A DNA stretch of 63,669 nt, the filler included, from Octopus bimaculoides (lineage: Eukaryota): the NCBI RefSeq assembly GCF_001194135.2. It is 6 parts of 4 records of this genome, joined end to end, with 100 filler letters (N's around TTAATTAATTAA, not from the genome) between each part and the next. Parts side by side here need not be neighbours in the genome. Positions count along the whole stretch, not along the records: positions 1 to 21,422 come from NC_068992.1; 5 more parts are not named here. One strand, written 5' to 3'. Of the stretch, positions 1 to 12,100 are shown piece by piece. Position numbers and translations under genes: made by a program. Within the stretch, counting starts at the first letter, position 1; each line of letters starts with the position of its first letter. The notes under the pieces were generated by a model. It was not told the DNA's origin and did no database searches. It saw nothing but the letters and a program-made list of their open reading frames with translations.

Positions 1-1906
1 ATATATATATATATATATATCCATATATATATATATATATATCCATATATATATATATATATACATACATATATATATACAGTATTAAAACTAAGGATTA
101 TTCTGAAGTAGCAATAACATTACTTTTAATTCTACAATTATTTACCACCTTTTAAGACCAAAAAACGTTTCAATTGCACCAATTAGTAATCATTGCAGTT
201 GCAACCCCTCTATAAAACGGTGCAGTCTCTTAAGGGCCTTAACTTGATATCCCTCCATATTCTCCATTTAACGATTTTCTTTTATAATCTCTGCATTGTA
301 TAATGTAGAGTTGTCCATTAAGTCAGATGCAAACAATCTCTATTTCAAGTTCTTACACAAACACACACACACACACACACACGTGTGTGTGTATTGTTTG
401 TGTAGACAATAATGTGTTCGTGTGTGTGTGTGTGTGTGTGTGTGTGGTAGCTTTCATTGTCTCACACCTTTTGCATTCCATTCTCTTTTCTTTTCCACAG
501 AGGCACAGCCAATAGATAAAGCCAGCTCCATGTCAATTCTTTGACCTATTTATCAATGTCTTATACATTGTATCCTTGTCCTAGATTTTTCTCTGGCTGA
601 TATCAAGCTCTACCTTGACGTCATGGCAGGCTGGTTATTAATAAGGAGGGTGTATAAGTGTGAAAATTCGATCATCCTAACCATACATTGTATGTCACCA
701 CAAAACAAGAAAAAAGAAAAATGAATGTGAAGTTACAGAGTGGAAAATAAGCATAAACAAAAGAAAAACAAAATAAAACAATTAAAATGAAGCAAACCTA
801 CTTTTTTTGTTATTTTATTAACATAAAACTGTTATTTTTTTTAGTTTGATTTTTATTTTGACCTTAGTTTTATGTGTTACCCTGGTAGAGAAATCTCTTT
901 AAAATCTTTTGAAAATACAAGATTACCCTATTTTATGAAACTGTTTGTGGTATTGAAGTATGGTAAATGGTGATGAATTAGAGCATAACAGCTTAGTTTT
1001 TTTATGCTTAGATTCTACCAAAGTGTATTTAGTACTTTCTGGAATTTTAACTCAGAACTTAATAAAATTTATGAGTTGTTATGTTGTGTTTGGCTTGAAA
1101 TGAAGCCATCTATTCAAATCGAAACAGATATATTGTGAAAACAGAATTTTACTAATTTAATTATCACCATCATCGTCATCGTCATTGTTGTCGTCATTGT
1201 TGTCATCCTCATCATCATCACCACCATCATCATTTAACATCTGTTTTCCATGCTGGCATGATTTGGACAATTTGACAGGAGCTGACCAACCGGAGAGCCA
1301 TACCAAGCTCGAGATGCCTGCTTTAGCATGGTTTCTATGGCTGGATGCCTTTCCTAATTCCAACCACTTTACAGAGTGCATAAGTGCTTTTTACATGGAC
1401 CCAGTACAAGTCCTACTAACATAGCACCAGCAAGGATGCTTTTTGCTAGGTACCAACATTATACTAATTCAATTATACTGTAGAAAAATCATTTTACTAA
1501 TTTAATTATATTATGGAAGAATTGTTTTAGTAATTTGATTGTATTTTGGTAAAACTATTGTATATAGTTTAAGAACACACACAGTGACTAACTTTTATTT
1601 TCATTTATTTTCCCCCATCATTTAGCAGCTTGGGTATTGTGGATGTGTAGTTAAGGAGTTTACTTCCTAAGTCCTGGGTTCAATCCCCACTGTGTGACAC
1701 CTTGAATAAGTGTCTTCCCCTATAGCCCTAGGCTGACCGAAACATTTTGGTCAGCTTCTCATATGTATATATATGTGTGTGTTGCACTGGCTGTTGTTGT
1801 TATTTTTATTGTCGTGTTCATTTGAAGTACTCTTAAATATCTAATTAGTGTTATTTTATTTATTTATTATTTTTTTTGCAGCAAAGTGTGCAGACTACAT
1901 GACGCC

Positions 1907-2047
1907 ATGGTTGTGGTGGTTGTGCCCGATGTGTCTTCGGAAGTCGATAACAAGGGACTTATTAATTTTGACTTTCTTATGCCAAATGGGATCCTCATTG
2001 CAATGAAAGTAGACTTTTATTGTGCTACATTTGAAAAAATTAAGCAG
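1907..2047 (+). CDS. PI3K p110 first visible coding exon (ABD N-terminus)
   Basis: Acceptor ttttttgcag ends at 1881. GCCATGG Kozak context at 1907. FDFLMPNG matches the p110 (V/L)xxLLPxG motif. Donor cag|gtaagg after 2047, phase 0. The frame is also open back to the acceptor, so an upstream start cannot be excluded. Confidence 0.9.
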
Positions 2048-4779
2048 GTAAGGACAAGTCGTTATAAGAATTTTGGTTTTTTGCTCTCATGATTCTTGCT
2101 TCATGGGGAATTGACGAATCCCTCATTTGTCATTGATGTCTAACTCTAGGTCAGGTCTGAATGAGCAGACTGAACAGAGCTAGAATCAAAAGCTTGCCAG
2201 CTGTGACCATCAAGCCTGTTTGTACATCAGGGATCATGTTGTCTTATATGCCCATGCCCTTCTTTTCTTTCAAACAGCAGGGTGTAATTTGAAAGAGGTT
2301 TGGCTGATATTTCTAACAGTTTGAGCAATCATGTTGAGCTCTTACTCATTCGTTTGGTTATTGTTGTTGTTGATGTTGTTGTCACTAGCATACTATTTCA
2401 GTTGGAGAGTTGGCACATCACTCATCGATGAAGAAATGCTGTGTACTGTTAAGGACTGATGTGATTGTTCCAATACAAATTCAATGTGTTTATAATCCCC
2501 ACCCCACCCCGCTGTTGGTGTGTTTATGTCCTTGTAATTTGGCAGTTCAGCAAAAAATGACCAATGGTATATAAGTACCAGGTTTCTTAAAAGAAAAAAG
2601 CACTGGAGTCAATTTGTTCGACTAAAATTCTTCCAAGCAATGCCCCATCCTGGCCACAATCTAATGATTGAAACAAGTAAAAGGAGATAAAATAATATAT
2701 ATATATCGAATCAAATTTGCAAATTCGATGACTGGCACCCGTGCCAATGGAGCGCTAAGAGCACCATCCGAGCGTGATCGTTGCCAGTGCAGCAACAAGT
2801 GACCAATAGCATAAGTACTAGGCTTACAAAGAATAAGTCCTCAGGTTGATTTGCTCGACTAAAGGCGGTACTCCAGCATGGTCGCAGTCAAATGACTGAA
2901 ACAGGTAAATGAGTATTAACACCAAGGTGATAATTTGAAGAAAATTCCAAATTTAGATCCTACTTATTTACATAATCATATTTTCATTTTTTTTTTTCCT
3001 GGTATTTTTAAGTTTTAAGAAAAATAGTAATTTCAGTGATTTAAAATGTTTGCACTGAACGTTCAATGAGTGATGTGCTTTGTTTATTAACCATCATCCT
3101 CTTTTCATCTGCATCAGCAGATTGCAGCCTGTGAGCTGTAGCACAAATTGTAAGCGTGTTATATCTCTCTGTATCTGTGAGTGTGTGTATGTCTAAGTAT
3201 ATGTAAATATTTAACTATTTATCTGTCTGTCTGTCTGACGACACATGGAGGTGATGACAAATGACTGAACCGTTTGGTAATTTGCTGTGGTTAAAAAAAA
3301 CCATCAAGCTAGTCATCAATGCCAGTGACATGTGAAAGTCACTCATTCCAGTGACACATAAAAGGCACTTGTGCCACTAACACATGAGAAGTACCTATAC
3401 CAGTGATACATAAAAAGGTACCTATGCTGGTGACATGTAAAAGACACTCAGTACCCTCTATTTAATGTATTCCTTTTATCTTTTACTTGTTTCAATCATT
3501 GGACTGTGGCCATGCTGGGGTACTACTTTAAACGTTTTAATCAAATAAGTACTTAATTTTGCTTTGTCTCATTATCCAGCCTACTCTGCTGTGTGGTTGG
3601 CATTAGGAAGGGCATCCGGCCTTAGAAATCATGCCAAATAGACCTTGCTAGTGCTGGTGCCATGTAAAATGCACCCAGTTCACTCTGTAAAGTGGTTGGT
3701 GTCAGGAAGGGCATCCTGCTGTAAGACTTATGCCAAACAGACCTCACCATGTAAAAATCACCCACTCCACTGTAATGTGGTTGGCGTTAGGAAGGACATC
3801 CAGCTGTAAAAACCATATCAAAAGAAATCATGAAGCTTGGTGCACACCTCTGATTTGCCACCCCATGTCAGACCATCCAACCCATGCCAGCATGGAAAGT
3901 AGACGTTAAATGATGACAATAACATACATGCATGCACACTTGCAAGCAAGCATGCATGCACACATACAAAGAGCAAGAGATAGATAGACACTTGCATAAA
4001 CTATATTTTACTCTGAATTCATATATATTTGAGTTGGAGTGCTACCCACAATCCGAGAAAATAAAATGAAAATGAAAATAAAAATAAAACCAATAAAATG
4101 CCAACAAAAATATATAAATAAAATGTCGAAATGATTTTTACAAATGTCAACATTTAAACTAAAATGAATTGCTGTGTCTAGAAATTAAAATATAACAACT
4201 CCAATGAGTAATGAAATATTAAATATACTTAAATAACTGCAGTTGAAATGCGTAGAGTTGAAAGAAACCTATCTACTCCACTGTGCTTTACATTTAACAT
4301 TAGACAAAAAACAAATGTTTTTTATGTTTTTGAAGTATGTTGGCTGGATGGACAACTTGACAGACGTTTATTTGGTATATGTGTGTGTGTGCATGTACAT
4401 GTATATTTGTATGCGTAAATTCATATGTATACATACACACACACACACACGCACACACATTTTTATATATACATACATATTTACATGCATATGTACATGC
4501 ATTCATATATATATATGATGATTTCCGCTTGTTGTTTTTTATCTTATATATATATATATATACCTTATTTAAAAGCAGCAGAAATATAACAAAAAACTGT
4601 TACTCAGAGTTTCACGTTCATCGGACAGTTTTGTTAGAAAATTTTCTAACGGGAACGTGAAACTCCGAGTAACAGTTTTTTTGTTATATTTCTGCTGCTT
4701 TTAAATAAAGCATATTACTCTACCTCTGGTATTTGAGTACTCTTTTTTCCACCTTGTTGCACATTTATGTGCTTACTCC

Positions 4780-4813
<34 letters not shown>

Positions 4814-5452
4814 AATATATATATGTAAATAATATGTGACAATTATTTGGTAGCCATGATAAAACTCTGAGTTTTGGATGTCTGGGCGGAAACCCACGCC
4901 GCCATCTCTTCAGTTATCTGGCCATTGAGAAAATGCTATGGCCAGATAACTGAAGAGATGGCAGTTTGGGTTTCCGTCCCTGCATCCGAAACTCAGTTTT
5001 ATCATGGCTACCGAATAATTGTGACATGTTTTCTACAGATAAATTCCTCTGTTTACATAATATCGAGGTCACTTTCTTTCTTTTGTTGTCTTACCTGTTC
5101 TATTAATATATATAGTATCAAATATATGCATTTATATATCCATATATAAGTGTATATACGCATGCTAACATGGAAGGTGGAGAAGCAATGATTATGATGA
5201 TATATATATATATATATATATGAAATATAAATTTTGAGCGTGGCCGTTGCTAGTACCACCTGACTGGCCTTCGTGCCGGTGGCACGTAAAAAGCACCCAC
5301 TACACTCTCTGAGTGGTTGGTGTCAGGAAGGGCATCCAGCTGTAGAAACTCTGCCAAATCAGATTGGAGCCTGGTGTAGCCATCTGGTTTCACCAGTACT
5401 CAGTCAAATCGTCCAACCCATGCTAGCATGGAAAGCGGATGTTAAACGATGA

Positions 5453-5487
<35 letters not shown>

Positions 5488-5888
5488 CAAACAAACATAA
5501 TTATATATGTACATACTATACATACATACACACATACATAAATATTATATACATAAACAAACATACTACATATATATATGTGTGTGCACACATGCGCAAA
5601 CACACACACACACACATTCTCTTTCAGCAAGGGCAGTGACCTGCTATTTAGGTTTATTTCACAGTATTGTCACCCTCTTCTTCAGACACATTCAACTAAT
5701 ATAGTTTGACATATCTGAAGAAGTGGCTACGAGTTGTGTGGAAACTCTAGTTTAATAGGCTCCCACTGGAGCAGTTCTAGATGAATTCATCTATGACAGT
5801 TCATCTACAACAGTTTATCTGTGTGTGGTTGTATATGTATGTGTGGTTGTGTGTGTGTGTGTATGTGTGTGTGTGGGTGTGTTAGTGT

Positions 5889-5919
<31 letters not shown>

Positions 5920-8900
5920 ATTGTTGCATGTGTGTATGTGTGTGGTTGTATGTGTGTGTGTGTGTGGTTCTAGATAAATTGTAGATGAATTCACTGGATA
6001 ACACTGGAACAACCTTAATAAATTACTGCAATCTCTTGATCATGACATAACAAGTGTGTGTGTGTGTGTCTTTGTGTGTGTATCCTTACCTTTTGATTCA
6101 GTCAATAGACTGTGGCCATGCAGGGGCGCCACCTTGAAGGCTTCCTTTTGCCAATCCTCACCTGTTTCCAAGTAAGGTAATATTTCCTCATGGCCAGACA
6201 AATGTGCAAATTAATGATGCTGCTTCTATAATGGTGGCAATCATTTTAGAACTTCTACATGATGCCACGACAAGGTGGCAAGATGTCGAGCTGGCCGAAA
6301 CGTTAGCACATCGGGCGAAATGCTTAGCAGTATTTCATCTGCTGTTACGTTCTGAGTTCAAATTCCACCGAGGTTGACTTTGCCTTTTATCCTTTCGGGG
6401 TCGATAAATTAAGTACCATTTACGCACTGGGAGCGATGTAATTGACTTAATCCCTTTCTCTGTCCTTGTTTGTCCCCTCTATGTTTAGCCCCTTGTGGGC
6501 AATAAAGAGATAAGAAACATTATTATACTGGGTGAAATGCTTAGCAGTATTTCGGTTGCCATTATGTTTTGAGTTCAAATTCCGCCGAGGTTGACTTTGC
6601 CTTTCNNNNNNNNNNTGGCCGAAACGTTAGCACATCGGGCGAAATGCTTAGCAGTATTTCATCTGCTGTTACGTTCTGAGTTCAAATTCCACCGAGGTTG
6701 ACTTTGCCTTTTATCCTTTCGGGGTCGATAAATTAAGTACCATTTACGCACTGGGAGCGATGTAATTGACTTAATCCCGTTCTCTGTCCTTGTTTGTCCC
6801 CTCTATGTTTAGCCCCTTGTGGGCAATAAAGAGATAAGAAACATTATTATACTGGGTGAAATGCTTAGCAGTATTTCGGTTGCCATTATGTTTTGAGTTC
6901 AAATTCCGCCGAGGTTGACTTTGCCTTTCATCCTTTGGTGGTCGATAAATTAAGTACCAGTTACGCACTGGAGAGAGAGATACATGCATACAGACACAAG
7001 TTCTTGCTTTCAATGGCTGCTGTGGTGCATGACTGACTTTGAATTGGTCGATCACCCTCCCTATTCTCCTGATTTGGCCCCATCAACTATCATCTGTTCC
7101 CCAACATGAAGAAACATTTGGTCCAGAACTAATTTCATCATGCTGATAACGTGATTTGTGATTTGTGCTGTTGATGATTGCTTTGACCAGCCGGATGAAG
7201 GCTTCTTCATCATTGGGCTCTGAACACTGCAACACCAATGGAAGAAGTGTGTGGGTTGCAAGGGGGACTGTGCAGAAAAATAGACCTCATTTGGTCACAT
7301 TCGATGAGTGTCTCTTAGTCAGCCTATGAACTTTCCAGTCAACCCTCAGATATAGGCCTTCGGCAATTCATATGTATGTATATACTTTTACTTGTTTCAG
7401 TCATTTGACTGTGGCCATGCTGGAGCACCGCCTTTAGTCGAGCAAGTTGACTCCAGGACTTATTCTTTGGAAGCCTAGTATTTATTCTATCGGTGTCTTT
7501 TGCTCAACTGCTAAGTTACAGGGACATAAACACACCAGCATCGGTTGTCAAGCGATGTTAGGGGGACAAACACAGACACACAAACACACACATATATATA
7601 TGTACATATACATATATACGACGGGGTTCTTTCAGTTTCCATCTACCAAATCCACTCACAAGGCTTTGGTTGGCCCGAGGCTATAGTAGAAGACACTTGC
7701 CCAAGGTGCCACGCAGTGGGACTGAACCCGGAACCATGTGGTTGGTAAGCAAGCTACTTACCACACAGCCATATATAATTGTTTGCTTATTGTCTGTTTT
7801 TGCATGGGAACTGATTTTAAGACAGGAATTTTCAGCTGGATGCATGTGTGGGTGTGTGGTTAATCGTATAGTTTTGGGTTTAACCCCACTCTGTGGAACC
7901 TTGAGCAATTGTCCTCTACCAAAGCGCTGAGCCAACCAAAACCTTGTTAGTGGACTTGGAAGATGATAACTGAAAGATGCTCATAGTAATGTGTGTGTGA
8001 GCATTTATATGTATGTATGTGTGTGTTTGTTTGTGTGTGTGTGTGTGTGTGTGTGTTTATTTGTGTCTCCTTGTCTTGACATCACAGGATAATTGTAAAT
8101 GAGTGTCATGGTCATACAAGCAGTGTCATTCATTTTCAATATTCTGTGAAAGCATGTCTGGCCACATAGAAGTAGTACCTTGCTTGAAAACAGTTTAGGG
8201 TTGATGACAGCAAGGGTATCTGGTCGTAAAAAAATCTCTGCCTCAATAAACTCCATCTGACCCATGCAAGCATAGACAAGAGGACGTTAAATATATAAAT
8301 CAGTATTTCATGTCTCTCTCCATTCTCTTTCTCTTTTTACAGGACTTATGGCAAGAAGCATCAAAGCAACCACTTTATTCTCTACTTCGGAGCTATGAGG
8401 AATATGCCTTCCAGTTTATCAACAACCAAGGGAAAAGGGTCCGTTCATTTTTTTAATCTTTGTTTTGGTTTGGCATGGAACTTATATTTTCATTTTGTCC
8501 TTCCTTCCTTCCTTCTTGAGTCATCCTGACTCATAAGGGCTGGTTTCCATGGCATATATATTCTCCACCTGGACTGGATGCCAGTCTCTCACAAGATTAC
8601 TCACTTTTGCCACCTGAGTGGACTGGAGTAATGTGAAAGGAAGTGTTTTGCTCAAGAACACAATGTATTACCTGATCCAGGAATCAAAACCACAATCTTA
8701 TGATCATGAGTCCAACGCCCTAACCACTAAGCCACATGCCTCCACACCCGGACACTTCACGAGTAAAAGAGAAAGCAATTATTCGAGAAACATTTATTTG
8801 AATGGAAAATTGTATGAGTGAAAATTATTCAAAAGGACATACTCTCTCTTTTAATTGTTTCAGTCATTTGACTGTGGCCATGCTGGAGCACCACCTTTAG

Positions 8901-9053
8901 TCGAGCAAATCGACTCCAGGACTTATTCTTTGTAAGCCTAGTACTTATTCTATCAGTCTCTTTTTGCCAAACCACTAAGTTACGGGGACGTAAACACACC
9001 AGCATCGGTTGTCAAGCGATGTTGGGGGGACAAACACAGACATACAAACATAT

Positions 9054-9122
<69 letters not shown>

Positions 9123-12100
9123 TATATACGCATATATACGGCGGGCTTCTTTCAGTTTCTGTCTACCAAATCCACTCACAAGGCTTTGGTCAGCCCGAGG
9201 CTATAGTAGAAGACATTTGCCCAAGGTGTCACGCAGTGGGACTGAACCCAGAAGCATGTGGTTGGTAAGCGAACTACTTACCTCACAGTCATGTTAATTG
9301 TTCTGAATTTTTTATTTTATTTAAGCAAAAATGATAAAATTAAAAATCAAGTAAACAAATAATATTTATTTCGAATAACCTGTTTTCCAAATAATTGTTT
9401 TTGAGTAATTGTTTTCAAACAACTTTCATGATACGATGATTCGGGAGCCCCAGCACAGGCTGTTTGGCCATGTTGCTCAATTTTGTGAGTGAAACCCTTG
9501 TGTGTTCTCTTCACTGAGGATCCAGCTGGGATGACATCTCGTGTTGGTCAACCACATGCCACAGAGTCACGGCAAACGAGGAGGTGTCTCATGGAGATGA
9601 GGACTGACTGGGATTTTGCTTGACTGGTCACCTGGAGGGACCCGGGAATATACTGACAAATGATGAATGTGGCAACACGTTGCAATGGCACGTACCACCA
9701 CACTTGATCTGACCCAACCAATTAGTTGGACCTGGAAAAGACAACTTCCATGATTCTTTAGTTTCTCATAGCCTCTAAGAATTACCATTGCTTAGCACAG
9801 AGTAAGGTTTTGTTTTGCTACTGCTGTTACACTGGACATTAGATTACATCAGTGGTTTATATTTTGGAGTCATCTGCACTCTAACAGAGGACAGAGGTCA
9901 ATCAAGTACATCAATGTCATTAGCTAAAACATACAACATGAAATGTGTGTTTCTGTCTTTCAAATTCAATCTCATGGCTTTGGTTAACCCAAGGTGATGG
10001 GAGAAGACACTTGTTCACACTTGCTCAAGGTGCTATGCAGTGGGATTGGACCCAGACTCCTTAACTACACAATTATACCTGTAACCTTTTACCACTTATT
10101 TCAGTCATTGAACTGTGGCCATGCTGGGGCACTACCTTGACGGGTTTAGTTAAACAGATTGATCCCAGTACCTATCATTTTCAAATCTGGCACTTATTTT
10201 ATCAGTCTCTTTGGTCAAACTGCTATCTTACAGAAATGTAAACAAACCAACACTGGTTCTTAAGCAGAGGTGGGGGTAATTGTTTTTACTTTCAGTTTTC
10301 CCATTCTTTTTGTCATTTTTTTTTTTTTTTTTTTTTTTTTTGTCATTTTCAATTTCCTAAAATTCTGATTTTCTGTTTGCTAATTTTCAATTTTCCATTT
10401 TCTGATTTTGCCTTCAATTATTCTTTTTTTTTTTTTTTATTACTTTCTAACAGGAAGAAGTATTGTGGGAAAGTCATTCTCTGTCTGAAATACAACTTTG
10501 TGCAACATGCTTAAAACTCATAGAAAAAGAATTGAACAACGAAAGACGTTACTCTTTAGACCGACGCATAAATTCTTTAATTTCAAGTGAGTATGGGTCA
10601 ATCATTGACCGAACGATTGATTTGATTTCTGTTACCTAACATCGTTGTCATCATCACCTTCATTGGCGTCGGCGATGTCAGTGTTGTCTCATTTTATAAT
10701 GTACTTATGTTTCATGAGATTGTTGTTGTTGGCACTCCGTCGCTTACTACGTCGAGGGTTCAAGTTGATCCGATCAACAGAACAGCCCGCTCGTGAAATT
10801 AACGTGCAAGTGGCTGAGCACTCCACAGACACGTGTACCCTTAACGTAGTTCTCGGGGATATTCAGCGTGACACAGTGTGACAAGGCTGACCCTTTGAAT
10901 TACAGGTACAACAGAAACAGGAAATAAGAGTGAGAGAAAGTTGTGGTGAAAGAGTACAGCAGGGTTCGCCACCATCCCTTGCCGGAGCCTCGTGGAGCTT
11001 TAGGTGTTTTCACTCAATAAACACTCACAACGCCTGGTCTGGGAATCGAAACCACGATCCTATGACCGCGAGTCCGCTGCCCTAATCACTGGGCCATTGC
11101 GCCTCCACTTCATGAGAGTAGATAAAGGATAAAGACCCTCTTTGGTTACGAATGACAATAGGATTGCATCTAGAAAGTTCCCCTCCTGGGCAAGGTTGTT
11201 TTATGGAAGACCAGCAGTCACACATGCATACCAGCCTCTCCTCTCCACACCACCGATGTTATCCAAGGGAAAGGCAAAGGCTGATACAGCTTGGCACCAG
11301 TGACATCACAACTCATTTCTACAGCTGAGAGAACTAGAGCAACATGAAATAAAATGTCTTGTTCGAGAACACAACACACAGCCTGGTCCAGGAGTTGAAC
11401 TCACTACGTCATGATTGTGAGCTCGTCACTATAACCACTGAGCCATGTGCCTTCACCTGAAATTAGCAGATATAGATTACATCAGTATAAAATACAACTG
11501 TGAGCAAATGCCTCTGGTCTTATTCATCAGCATTACTTGGCAAAAATATGACCCATGGATTCTGAATTCTAGTCTATCTGAGGTTATGAAGACGTTCCTA
11601 CCATGCCAGAGATATGACTTGAATGTAGAACTGATTTGCCATGCTTATACCCTTTGGTAACACATGTCTTTTGGTATATCTGGTGAATTGTACTCATCAT
11701 CATCATCATCATCATTTAACGTCAGCTTTCCATGCTATCATGGGTTGGACGATTTGACTGGGGACTGGCGAACCAGATGGCTACACCAGACTCCAATCTG
11801 ATCTGGCAGAGTTTCTACAGCTGGATGCTTTTCCTAACACCAACCACTCCAAGAGTGTAGTGGGTGCTTTTTACGTGCCACCGGCACGAGGACCAGTCCA
11901 GCAGTACTGGTAACAGCCACGCTCAAATGGTGTTTATTTACNNNNNNNNNNNNNNNNNNNNNNNNNNNNNNNNNNNNNNNNNNNNNNNNNNNNNNNNNNN
12001 NNNNNNNNNNNNNNNNNNNNNNNNNNNNNNNNNNNNNNNNNNNNNNNNNNNNNNNNNNNNNNNNNNNNNNNNNNNNNNNNNNNNNNNNNNNNNNNNNNNN

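Noticed and set aside
6290-6935. Apparent ~315-bp exact tandem duplication around a 10-N gap
   Set aside because: Near-identical sequence on both sides of a minimal gap is the signature of unmerged overlapping contig ends.
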